From Paracoccaceae bacterium (GTDB lineage Bacteria; Pseudomonadota; Alphaproteobacteria; Rhodobacterales; Rhodobacteraceae): DNA of 64,000 nucleotides. This document shows, in pieces, positions 20,039 to 28,995 of this stretch. The notes under the pieces were generated by a model that worked only from the letters and a program-made list of their open reading frames with translations, ran no database searches and had not been told where the DNA came from. The stretch covers positions 16,555 through 80,554 of the forward strand of contig JAOGIM010000004.1 of the NCBI GenBank assembly GCA_028150825.1, in the 5' to 3' direction. The first letter of the stretch is position 1. Each line of letters begins with the position of its first letter. A program made the translations under genes and the position numbers.

Positions 20039-20790
20039 TATTCAGCCGTCTCATGGGTCTTTAAATTATGATCATGGTTATGATCATGGTTATGGTCATG
20101 ATCGTGTCGATATAAGGCTAGTGCTCCGTCCGTTCCATCTCCGAATAAGGCCTTATACTCTGGTGCAGAAGCAACAACGGCTGGAGTTCCAGCGCAACAG
20201 ACATGGCCATTCAGGCATATGACGCGATCAGAAGCACTCATTACCACATGCAGGTCATGACTAATCATCATAATAGCACAACCTGTTTCACGTCGCACGG
20301 CCTCAATCTGACGATAGAATGCTGCAGAACCTGGTTGATCAAGGCCCTGGGTTGCCTCATCTAAAAGTAGAATTTCTGGACGGCCCAGCAAAGCGCCGGC
20401 AAGGAGAACGCGTTGAAATTGCCCGCCAGAGAGGCCCGACATTTGCTCCTTAAGTACCTTGGGCACTCCTGCCGTCTCTAAAGCTGCTATGCAAGATCTT
20501 GTGTCAGCTTTGGCAGTAAGCCGCATAAAGCGCTCTACGGTGATCGGTAATGTTGGATTAAAATTCAACCGCTGTGGCACATATCCGATTTTCAAACCTG
20601 GTTTCAGCGTTACACAGCCTTTAGCAGGTTCAACCGCTCCAATTATAGCTTTTAAAAGACTGGTTTTTCCTGAACCGTTGGGACCAACAATCGTCACAAT
20701 CTCGCCCTTTTCAATGTCAAGATCAACCCGTTGCAGTATTGTATTGCCGCCGTACCTTACAGAAAGGTTCTCAACAGAAACTAGCTTCAT
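20038..20790 (-). CDS. znuC: Zinc ABC transporter ATPase with His-rich C-terminal tail
   Basis: Walker A GPNGSGKTS, signature LSGGQFQR, Walker B LLLDEATQGLD. The C-terminus is RHDHDHNHDHNHDHNLKTHETAE. Confidence 0.9.
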   Translation of the reverse strand: MKLVSVENLSVRYGGNTILQRVDLDIEKGEIVTIVGPNGSGKTSLLKAIIGAVEPAKGCVTLKPGLKIGYVPQRLNFNPTLPITVERFMRLTAKADTRSCIAALETAGVPKVLKEQMSGLSGGQFQRVLLAGALLGRPEILLLDEATQGLDQPGSAAFYRQIEAVRRETGCAIMMISHDLHVVMSASDRVICLNGHVCCAGTPAVVASAPEYKALFGDGTDGALALYRHDHDHNHDHNHDHNLKTHETAE

Positions 20791-21284
20791 AATTGCTCTA
20801 TTTCAGCACAGGAATTACACACGCCTTTGGCTTCAATAATCGTTTGTTCAATTCGAAACGCCGATACGTCTGCGGTTGCTGACAAATTTAAGTTAGACAT
20901 CGGCGATTGTGTCTCTGCCACGATTTCACATTGCCGGCAAATCATAAAGGCTGGTGAATGTTTAGTGCCGGGAAGGCTGCAAGCCACAAAAGCATTCAAT
21001 CTTTCTATTTTATGAGCAAAGCCATTCTCGACAAGGAAATCTAGTGCGCGGTAAGCGATTGGTGGTTGCGATTTAAATCCCGCTTCTCGCAATAAATCGA
21101 GGATCGTATAGGCTCCGAGCGCACGATGTTCCTGAAGAAGCAATTCAAGAACTTTTCGCCTTGCAGGAGTCAGTTGGAGCTTGTGTTCTTTGCAATAGTC
21201 TTGCGCACTTTGCATTCCTCTCCCAGAACATTCGTTATGATCATGTTGTTTAAAGGCAATCGAAATGGGTTTTCCGTCTGACAA
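20787..21284 (-). CDS. zur: Fur-family zinc uptake regulator
   Basis: 165 aa. Winged-helix segment LTPARRKVLELLLQEHRALGAYTILDLL, with CxxC pairs (CRQCE, CNSCA). The annotated start is TTG. ATGA overlap with znuC. Confidence 0.85.
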   Translation of the reverse strand: MSDGKPISIAFKQHDHNECSGRGMQSAQDYCKEHKLQLTPARRKVLELLLQEHRALGAYTILDLLREAGFKSQPPIAYRALDFLVENGFAHKIERLNAFVACSLPGTKHSPAFMICRQCEIVAETQSPMSNLNLSATADVSAFRIEQTIIEAKGVCNSCAEIEQL

Positions 21285-21300
21285 GCCTAACTCCCCTATT

Positions 21301-21348
21301 GCAATGCTATAACATAATAATATAAGTAACGTTATGTAATATTATATC
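21301..21348. promoter_or_regulatory. Divergent zur/znuA promoter with candidate Zur operator
   Basis: AT-rich 64-bp intergenic region. Palindromic core TAACGTTA (21327-21334) and inverted ATAAC...GTTAT arms. The position fits Zur autoregulation and znuA control. Confidence 0.4.
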
Positions 21349-21360
21349 ATGGAGAAGATA

Positions 21361-22398
21361 ATGTCCAGAAAGCTTGTTTCATTTGCTACGATTGCCGCTC
21401 TTGTAGGAAGTACAGGTATGGCAGATACGCCAAATGTTGCAGTTGATATAGCACCGTTATATTCACTAGTTTCGCGCGTAATGGCTGGTATAGAGGGACC
21501 AAAACTCATAATCCAAGCTGGTGCTTCACCTCATGAATATCAGCTTCGCCCGTCCGAAGCTAAAGCGCTGCAAGATGCAAGTTTAGTGTTTTGGATGGGA
21601 GAAGGTCTCACCCCTTGGATGAAAAATGCAGTGGAAACTCTCTCTAAAAATGCTAAAAAAGTAATACTTTTGGAAGTGCGCGAAACAAACCTGCTAAAGT
21701 TTAGAGAAAACGCTCTTTTTGAAAAACATGATCATGACGACCATGATAAAAAAGATGATCATGATGACCATGACAAAAAAGACGATCACGATGACCACGA
21801 TGACCACGATGACCATGACGACCATGACGACCATGATGACCATGATGACCATGATAAAAAAGATGATCACGATGATCATGGACACGGTGCGCATGATCCG
21901 CATGCATGGTTGTCACTCGAAAATGCTAAAACTTGGTTGAATTTAATTGCTGCGGAACTCTCAACGGCTGATCCAGAAAATGCGGGAACTTACTTTGCAA
22001 ATGCTGCTTCTGGGCGAATGGAGATCGATAGTCTGGCTATAGAGATAAATGAAATTCTTGATCCGGTTAGGGGCAAAAGTTTTGTCGTGTTTCACGATGC
22101 ATATCAATACTTTGAGAAAAGCTTTGATTTCCCTTCAGCAGGAGCAATTTCACTGAGTGATGCTTCTGATCCGAGCCCGTCTCGAGTAGCCAAAATCCAA
22201 GCGCGGGTCAAAAATGAGAAGGTGAGCTGTGTTCTTGCAGAGCCCCAGTTTAATCCCGGAATTGTTGATACTGTGCTATCTGGAACTGATGCTAAAACTG
22301 GCATAATTGACCCGTTAGGTTCTGAACTAGAGCTTGGTCCAGAATTATATTCCCATCTTATGCGTAACATAGCTAAGACTTTAGCTGGCTGCTTATAA
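21361..22398 (+). CDS. znuA: Periplasmic zinc-binding protein with very long His/Asp-rich loop
   Basis: GGAGAAG lies 5 nt before the ATG at 21361 (the ORF track starts at 21349). Has a signal peptide and conserved SPHEYQLRPSE and DPHAWLS motifs of cluster A-I SBPs. Confidence 0.9.
   Translation: MSRKLVSFATIAALVGSTGMADTPNVAVDIAPLYSLVSRVMAGIEGPKLIIQAGASPHEYQLRPSEAKALQDASLVFWMGEGLTPWMKNAVETLSKNAKKVILLEVRETNLLKFRENALFEKHDHDDHDKKDDHDDHDKKDDHDDHDDHDDHDDHDDHDDHDDHDKKDDHDDHGHGAHDPHAWLSLENAKTWLNLIAAELSTADPENAGTYFANAASGRMEIDSLAIEINEILDPVRGKSFVVFHDAYQYFEKSFDFPSAGAISLSDASDPSPSRVAKIQARVKNEKVSCVLAEPQFNPGIVDTVLSGTDAKTGIIDPLGSELELGPELYSHLMRNIAKTLAGCL
21727..21903 (+). repeat. In-frame tandem codon repeat (GAT-GAC-CAY units) encoding a (DHD)n/KKDD loop in ZnuA
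   Basis: The directly visible sequence reads HDHDDHDKKDDHDDHDKKDDHDDHDDHDDHDDHDDHDDHDKKDDHDDHGHGAHDPH. The same repeat produces spurious ORFs in other frames. Confidence 0.85.
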
Positions 22399-22512
22399 AA
22401 ATTTTATAAACTAATCGGCGTAATCTGGCGCCGGTTGGTTTTGAAAATTACTGTAACGTGTTAAGCATGGGTTAAAAATTAGTGTTTTTGTTTTTATAAA
22501 TTGGTAAAAGTG

Positions 22513-22803
22513 ATGAGACGAAACTTAGGCGAAACAAAACTGCGCAAGCGCCGTCGAAATTCTAGTTCTATGGTGGAGTTTGACCAAATGCCAAGAATAC
22601 TGCGAAATTGGTTAAACGAAGCGGCTTTGCCTTGGCGACCCAAGTCTGTTCACCGTGCTTATAAAAAAGCTTTTTTACGCACTGGAGATCCGGCTCTTGC
22701 CTTGATCGACTTGGATAGAGTACAGCAGCTACGACTGTCTAAGGATCTTAGATATAATATAGAAAATGAGATAGGGGCAATCGAAGGAAAAACTATCGTC
22801 TAA
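22513..22803 (+). CDS. Small conserved-looking hypothetical protein
   Basis: About 96 aa from the ATG at 22513. Basic N-terminus, then the segment MPRILRNWLNEAALPWRPKSVHRAYKKA. No function recognised. Confidence 0.5.
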   Translation: MRRNLGETKLRKRRRNSSSMVEFDQMPRILRNWLNEAALPWRPKSVHRAYKKAFLRTGDPALALIDLDRVQQLRLSKDLRYNIENEIGAIEGKTIV

Positions 22804-22819
22804 TAGGGTAAAGCTAGAT

Positions 22820-23062
22820 ATGTTGATAGAAGAAAAGCAAGTTGAAGACTTTATTAAAAACTTAAAAGGCCGGATAAACTACGAAGCTAAAAAAGCCACT
22901 AAGTTGGGATTTTCCTCACTTGATCAATATGTGCGTGATAAACTCTCAAAAAAGCCTGAGAAAACTGAGATTAAATCTAAATGTATGAGAGCGCCAAAAG
23001 CTTCAAATATAGTTGTGAAGAAATCAAAAATGAAAAAAAATAAGACTTGCGGATGTTGCTAG
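22820..23062 (+). CDS. Lys-rich small hypothetical protein ending in CGCC
   Basis: 80-aa ORF with C-terminus KKSKMKKNKTCGCC. Weak RBS, no recognisable family. Confidence 0.4.
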   Translation: MLIEEKQVEDFIKNLKGRINYEAKKATKLGFSSLDQYVRDKLSKKPEKTEIKSKCMRAPKASNIVVKKSKMKKNKTCGCC

Positions 23063-23707
23063 CTTACAGTCTGTATTTCCATTATCATAATATAACTTAA
23101 ATTTAGACTAAAGCTCGTTTATGCTCCCCTCCAATTCCGCAATGAGGTTATCCTCCCAACGTAGGAATGTTTTTCCAAAAGCATCGGCGCAACTGTGCGA
23201 GCTTTTGCAACCAGGACTAAAATCGTATTTTCATAGGTTATGCGCCACAGCTGTACAGATCTGGCATAAGGCAAAAAAGCATCGCGGTATGATCGGACAA
23301 TTTATTGTATCATCGAGGAAAAGCCACTTTTTTCCTGTTGGACAAGTTGCATTGGCCAATATGGCAGCCGAACAGACTTAAATTATGATGTTAGTATGAA
23401 ATAAATTTATAAGCAGTATTTGCCTTCAGTCTGGATCTTGTAAGGAATGACACTGAGATATTAATACTATGCCTCAAAACTAGCATCAACTCTGAAAGCT
23501 TTTGAGCCAAGCTGTGCGCGCTTAGGTCTTAAAAAACTCTGCAGCCCTTCACTAAAGGCGCGAGAAAACATACTACTTTGATAAAAGAAATCCTTTGAAA
23601 TAAGGGTCAAAGCACAAGAAACAGATCTGCCTACTCTTAACAAAAGTGGGAAAAATTTATGATTAAACGTTGCGCTATGTGTAAATTTGGAAAGCTTTCT
23701 TTAGTGG

Positions 23708-24253
23708 TCACAAGTCCACCCAAACAGGCTCCACTTTAATTTTATCAAAAAAGATCTGTAATCGTTCTACGGTTATCCCTAAAGTACGATCATTTACCAA
23801 AGGATGTACGTAGATCTGCTTGCAGTTTTTTAATTCGCTGTCGAAGAACAGCTCAACTCCCATTTTGGCACCATTGATCATTGAAAGTGGTGTTACAGCA
23901 CCAGGCCGAACGCCGAGATATTCCATCAATCTTTCTGCAGAGCCAAAAGAAAGCCGCCCAGTCCCTAGTTTTGTGTTGAGCGTTTTGAGGTCTATCAGTT
24001 TATCTTGCTCGGTAACCAAGAGCAAGTTGCGCTTTTTATGATCTCGTAGATAAAGGTTTTTGATATGACCACCGCCTTCTTTTGAAGACAGAAACTGACC
24101 TTGGACTTTCTTGGAGTCTTTAACAGTTTTCAAAGGCACATGATCGGACCGCGAGTATACAATCCCCCAATTATCCAGTTTTTCTAACATAGAATCTGAC
24201 GAGATTGGGAGACTGTCTTGGTATTCAGACGAGGCGTCCATGGTATTGTTCAT
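23708..24253 (-). CDS. YbaK/ProX-type aminoacyl-tRNA editing (deacylase) domain protein
   Basis: 181 aa. HIKNLYLRD...LLVTEQDKLIDLKTL...LSFGSAERLMEYLGVRPGAVTPLSMIN matches the YbaK/prolyl-tRNA-synthetase-associated domain. Confidence 0.8.
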   Translation of the reverse strand: MNNTMDASSEYQDSLPISSDSMLEKLDNWGIVYSRSDHVPLKTVKDSKKVQGQFLSSKEGGGHIKNLYLRDHKKRNLLLVTEQDKLIDLKTLNTKLGTGRLSFGSAERLMEYLGVRPGAVTPLSMINGAKMGVELFFDSELKNCKQIYVHPLVNDRTLGITVERLQIFFDKIKVEPVWVDL

Positions 24254-24755
24254 TATAAACCCTTTTCTTAAACGCTGCTCTACTTAGCTCATACTGTTTA
24301 CCAGTGAGCATTTTCTTTGGCAAAAGTGCTGTAAGATGTCTGCATTTGGTGCTCGCGCCCATCCAGCGTGCGTTTACTTTGAAAGTTGCATACCAAGTAT
24401 GACTGAGAAGAATTTCGACAGCACGCATGTCCCCAATTAACACTATCACGGTTTAGAGGTCAGTTCAGGCCTTGAACTTTTGTAAAATATAACCGAACTT
24501 GTAACAGTATATCATTGTACAAAAAAGTCTAACAATACACAAACACTGCGCTCGAAGACTAGCTTACGAATACTGTGTCTGACTAAGTAGCAGAAATTTA
24601 CTTGATTTTACCAGATCTAGTTAAAGTCTGGATCCTAATACCTATACAGTTGAAAATAATTTCTTGCGAGATTAAACAAAAAATTTAAATATTGGAGATG
24701 AAATCAAAACCCTATATGGCCATCGGTAAACGGTATTAATTTCTAGGAGTCACCC

Positions 24756-26138
24756 TTGATTAATCGTCGTAAATTTTTATTAAATTTTAGCTCGACCTTT
24801 GTCTTAACGCAGCTACCCAGAAGTGCTCACGCTAAAAACGGTATAATTCATTACAAACTGGTGGCTGAAGCTGCAGACCATACATTTTATCCGAATGCGC
24901 AGAAGTCGAAACTGTCTCTATACAACCAACAATGCCCTGGCCCCACAATTCATGCTTTAAAAGGCGATATTCTTGAAGTTGACTTCCTCAATTTACTTGA
25001 CGAGCCGACCACAATTCATTGGCATGGGATCCGTAATCTGAATGATATGGATGGAGTTCCTGGTTTAACTCAAAAAGCCGTGGAACCGGGAGAAACTTAT
25101 ACATATCGATTTCCTCTAAGGGACACGGGTTTATTCTGGTATCACTCTCACGCTCAAGCCTGGAAACAAGTAGCAAAAGGTCTCTACGGTCCTCTTTTAG
25201 TTAGAAATGTAAATGATGAGGGCCACCACAGAGATGTACTTCTAGTCATTGACGACTGGTTATTAGATGAGAATGAGCAACTACAGTTGGACAGCTTGGG
25301 TAGTTTACATGACTGGTCACACGGCGGCCGCCATGGAAATTTTTTTACCTTAAATGGAAGCTCCAATCCAGAAATTGTCGTCCCCACAAGTGGTCAATGT
25401 AAATTACGATTTTTGAGTGCAGCAAATGCTCGGATTATGAAATTTGAATTGAACAAAAAGACACCAATGAAAATTGTTGCAATTGATGGCTCACCTTGTG
25501 CACCGTTCATTATTGATGAGCTCACTGTAGCGCCTGCTCAAAGGTACGATGTTATAATTGAAGATAGCTCCCAATTGGCAGAATTGACAGAGATTAGTAC
25601 GGGCCAGAGTTTAATGGCTGCAAGGTTTTTGACCACTAAAAATATACAAACAAACTATAATATAAGTTTCTCACATAAACCTTGGTATCCGCCTCCTAAA
25701 ATAGCCCAAGCAAAAATCATTGATATTCATATGCAAGGGGGTGCAATGGGTAACCTTGCATCTGCCGTGTTTGCGGGGGAAAGCCGAAGCCTACGCTACC
25801 TCGCCCAAAACGAAGCTAAATTATGGGCGTTTAACGGTGAAATTGGTGGTTATGGTTTAACATTGGCTGATATTACACGTGGGGACACTGCGATTCTTAG
25901 AGTTTGGAATGATACTCGCTGGAGGCATGCAATGCATCTTCATGGGCAACATTTCTGGGTTAACTCTAAAGAGTTTGGTGAGCAAGGTCGACAAGTCTTA
26001 CGTGATACTTATCTAATGCAACCCTCCGAAAAAGCCGACTTGATATTTGTGGCAGACAACCCGGGGCTATGGTTGTTTCATTGTCACATGCTGGAACATC
26101 ACGCGTCTGGAATGGGTGGTATTATTTTAGTTACATAA
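24756..26138 (+). CDS. Tat-exported multicopper oxidase
   Basis: TTG start after GGAG. Twin-arginine signal MINRRKFLL...AHA. All four copper motifs are present: HWHG, WYHSH, HAMHLHG and HCHMLEHHASGM. Confidence 0.9.
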   Translation: MINRRKFLLNFSSTFVLTQLPRSAHAKNGIIHYKLVAEAADHTFYPNAQKSKLSLYNQQCPGPTIHALKGDILEVDFLNLLDEPTTIHWHGIRNLNDMDGVPGLTQKAVEPGETYTYRFPLRDTGLFWYHSHAQAWKQVAKGLYGPLLVRNVNDEGHHRDVLLVIDDWLLDENEQLQLDSLGSLHDWSHGGRHGNFFTLNGSSNPEIVVPTSGQCKLRFLSAANARIMKFELNKKTPMKIVAIDGSPCAPFIIDELTVAPAQRYDVIIEDSSQLAELTEISTGQSLMAARFLTTKNIQTNYNISFSHKPWYPPPKIAQAKIIDIHMQGGAMGNLASAVFAGESRSLRYLAQNEAKLWAFNGEIGGYGLTLADITRGDTAILRVWNDTRWRHAMHLHGQHFWVNSKEFGEQGRQVLRDTYLMQPSEKADLIFVADNPGLWLFHCHMLEHHASGMGGIILVT

Positions 26139-26557
26139 TGTGTGGTTCCTTAGGGATACTACCACTTAAAATTTAAGATTTAGAAACAAGAAAATAAATA
26201 GATGCGTGGCTTCTCCTCTCAGTTAAGATGCGCATTTAGGTATTCGTTATATTTACTACGGTACGCCTTACAGGCAGCAGAAATTTGCATCAGAGCTGGC
26301 CTTAAATCATCAAAAATCGATATCGAATTTGCCATCGTGCTGTTGGCTAGGTGGTTTGCAACTCCATGACATCATCAAATTGATCTTGAATACTCGATTT
26401 GGCCTAAGACTTTGGATCACCTGCATTTATTATAAATGCCGCTACGCAACCTTTGTACCCTCTCGGATCAAATGGAAAAGCTCAATAATTGGATAAATCT
26501 TCTCGCTATGGATTATTTTTATGCTAACCTTTCTAGGCACAAAAGAGGAGAAAAAGC

Positions 26558-26842
26558 ATGTCATATTACACAATTTCACATTGGGAAGCGGACGAATGGA
26601 CTGAAGAGATGGAAGCTATCGCAAAGGACAAGTTCGGGCCAATGATTATGGCAGTGGGCGCAAGCTCAGTCGATTTTGTTCAAACAGGAGACAAAATGAT
26701 GTGTGTTGTCACAAAGTACAAAGACGAAGCGACTGGAACAGAAGCTCTTGCGAAAATTGCTGAGATTCGTAGTCAAGCAGCTTCCACAATGCCAATTAAG
26801 ATGGTTTCTGACGTTAAAGGACTGGCATTCGTAAGTATGTAA
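26558..26842 (+). CDS. Small hypothetical protein (possibly dimeric alpha/beta-barrel, ABM-like)
   Basis: 94 aa. Strong RBS AGAGGAGAAAAAGC before the ATG. Acidic, no signal peptide. Confidence 0.6.
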   Translation: MSYYTISHWEADEWTEEMEAIAKDKFGPMIMAVGASSVDFVQTGDKMMCVVTKYKDEATGTEALAKIAEIRSQAASTMPIKMVSDVKGLAFVSM

Positions 26843-26927
26843 AACAATCAAAGCTTTCCCCTTTCTTGATGTAATCTTTGATATTCTAGTGAAGACTATG
26901 CCTAATTAGAGCAGCAGGAGAGGTGTT

Positions 26928-27095
26928 ATAAAAGTAATAGCAGTGTGCACCTTTGTCATGATCTTGACTGCGGCCAGCGCGTTTGCACGGGGTGAAGGTC
27001 GGTGTCCTTATCAGGAAGAAACAGCGAGTTCATGTGAGGCAGGTTATACTTGGGATGAACAAATGGAAGAGTGCGTTTCAATGCCCATGTCCTAA
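26928..27095 (+). CDS. Candidate small secreted Cys-containing peptide (start uncertain: ATA 26928 or GTG 26943)
   Basis: Below the 60-aa cut-off, so absent from the ORF track. Frame reads (I)KVIAVCTFVMILTAASAFA/RGEGRCPYQEETASSCEAGYTWDEQMEECVSMPMS*. AGGAGAGG at 26916-26923 is positioned for codon 26928. Confidence 0.35.
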   Translation: MKVIAVCTFVMILTAASAFARGEGRCPYQEETASSCEAGYTWDEQMEECVSMPMS

Positions 27096-27385
27096 CCAGT
27101 GGCGCGGCGTAGCTTTACAAACATTTTTCCAACATACCGTATCCTTAATCTTCTAGTACTATCCTGTATTTGGGATAACCAGTCGGTGAGCTCTTAAGCT
27201 GCATCTTTATGAAATTGCGCAACCCTATTAGGCAAGATCGTTGTTAAGGAGACATCTACTGATTGTAATTAAACTGATGAAATAAAATATTTATAATTTT
27301 TATTAAAATCAGAGTTTTTGTGATATAATTTGTAACTAATTCAATAATTCATATTTCAAACGCCACCATCTTATGGAGTAAGAAT

Positions 27386-27649
27386 ATGACTGCAAAGGAA
27401 TTTAGTGAATTACTGGCCGATTTCCAGAAACTCGCCAGCGACAATACTAACAACACAATAGAACATCACCTTTCCGCTAGGTTTTCTTGGATTAAAGTAC
27501 AAATGTTTGACGTTTTAAATCTTTCTGAGAGCAATGGTGGACTGCCGGCTGTAGACCGAATTGAAATGGCAAACGCTACGCTTAAAGGTTTAGAAGAATT
27601 TATGGTTAATCTCGAAAGATCGAGCGGAGGTAGCAATAAACTTTACTAA
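27386..27649 (+). CDS. Hypothetical protein
   Basis: 87 aa. GGAG lies 8 nt upstream, with an extended -10-like TGaTATAAT at 27321-27329. A terminator follows. Confidence 0.5.
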   Translation: MTAKEFSELLADFQKLASDNTNNTIEHHLSARFSWIKVQMFDVLNLSESNGGLPAVDRIEMANATLKGLEEFMVNLERSSGGSNKLY

Positions 27650-27652
27650 GTT

Positions 27653-27692
27653 TTCTCAATTCAAGGCATTCATTTGAGAATTGAGAATTTTC
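27653..27692 (+). terminator. Rho-independent terminator
   Basis: Perfect 10-bp stem TTCTCAATTC/GAATTGAGAA (27653-27662 / 27678-27687) followed by TTTT. Confidence 0.55.
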
Positions 27693-27872
27693 TGACTGGA
27701 ACTGGGGTAGCTGAAATCTGTTGAACAATTACTTGGGCGGATCGTTAGCGTGGATTATTTTAGCTAAAGCTTTGCATTCAAATCATATTTGACCATGTGG
27801 ATGTCGCAAATGAGATATATAAACCGTCTCTAAAAATCTATTCTATAAATTACATTTATTGAATGGCCTAGT

Positions 27873-28790
27873 ATGACCCCTTTGCCTCCTACTATTTTGG
27901 CTGTAGAAACCCACAAGCATGGTTTGATCTTTGTCATCTCTGCAGGTTTCCTTTGGTCTACGGTTGGTCTTGGGATTCGTATGATTGAAGATGCTGTAGT
28001 TTGGCAAATTTTGCTCTACCGATCAGTCAGCATGTCGTTATTTCTTTACATAGTTATTCGGTTGCGGTCAGGCGAAAATCCTTTCTTGCAGATACGTCGC
28101 ACTGGCTTTCCCGTTGTCGTCGCGGGACTTGCGCTGGTAGCAGCTTATTCTGGCGGGATCTATGCAATCCAGAATACCTCAGTTGCAAATGCCATGCTAC
28201 TGTTTGCAACCGCGCCGTTCATGGCGGCAGTTCTAGGCTGGTTGGTGTTGCGCGAGCATGTCCGTCTAGCCACATGGATCGCAATTATCGTGGCCTTAGG
28301 CGGCATCTTAATTATGGTATCTGACAAGACAGGTGACGTGGCAGTGCAAGGCAGCCTGGCTGCGCTTGGCTCAGCTCTCGGGTTCGCCGTTTTTACGGTT
28401 GCTTTGCGTTGGGGACGAAGTGGCGATATGCTCCCGTCTGTATTCCTCTCTGGTCTTTTTGCTATCGTGATCACTTTTGCCATTTGTCAGTTCCTGGAAT
28501 TATCGGTTGTCCTAAATTTGCAGGATGGCAGTGTTGCAATGGGAATGGGAGTCTTCCAGGTAGGGGCAGGTTTGATACTTTACACCCTTGGGTCACGCAG
28601 CCTACCAGCTGCCGAACTGGCCATACTTTCCCTTGCTGAGGTTCTACTTGGCCCACTCTGGGTCTGGCTCTTCCTTAATGAGACAGCAAGTCTCAATACG
28701 TTGCTCGGTGGCGCTATTCTGCTTATATCGATTGCTGGAAACGCAGTTTCTGGTAAACGGCGCAAACCACCGCCGATAACTGCACCTTAA
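27873..28790 (+). CDS. DMT-superfamily (EamA) transporter
   Basis: 305 aa, about 10 TM segments arranged as two EamA halves. Confidence 0.85.
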   Translation: MTPLPPTILAVETHKHGLIFVISAGFLWSTVGLGIRMIEDAVVWQILLYRSVSMSLFLYIVIRLRSGENPFLQIRRTGFPVVVAGLALVAAYSGGIYAIQNTSVANAMLLFATAPFMAAVLGWLVLREHVRLATWIAIIVALGGILIMVSDKTGDVAVQGSLAALGSALGFAVFTVALRWGRSGDMLPSVFLSGLFAIVITFAICQFLELSVVLNLQDGSVAMGMGVFQVGAGLILYTLGSRSLPAAELAILSLAEVLLGPLWVWLFLNETASLNTLLGGAILLISIAGNAVSGKRRKPPPITAP

Positions 28791-28995
28791 AGTGCACTTT
28801 GCCCTTAAATGCTCATTTGCACCCTTTTGTGCATTAGATAATTTTAGTAACCTTTGAACCTTGCATTGTGGTGCCCGTCTTCATCGCAATAATAGCAACT
28901 TCCAGATTAGAAATCATCAGAAGTTTGCAAGTTGTTGAAAACTATGGTCTGACCAGAAACATAGAGAATTAGAAGCTCATATAAAGAGATGATTA

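Noticed and set aside
21694-21940. Three overlapping ORFs and a periodic repeat that could suggest a CRISPR or minisatellite
   Set aside because: The periodicity is a 9-nt codon repeat inside znuA encoding the DHD loop. There are no spacers and no unique interspersed sequence. The ORFs are alternative-frame artefacts.
23121-23381. 86-aa ORF in the 23.06-23.70 kb gap
   Set aside because: It has no RBS and an implausible sequence. The opposite strand shows short broken frames (for example ...FGKTFLRWEDNLIAELEG*) that hint at another decayed gene, but I could not assign a family, so no feature is called.
24225-24449. 74-aa minus-strand ORF upstream of the ProX-like gene
   Set aside because: It overlaps the ProX start region, has no RBS and resembles no family. 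It is probably promoter/leader sequence.
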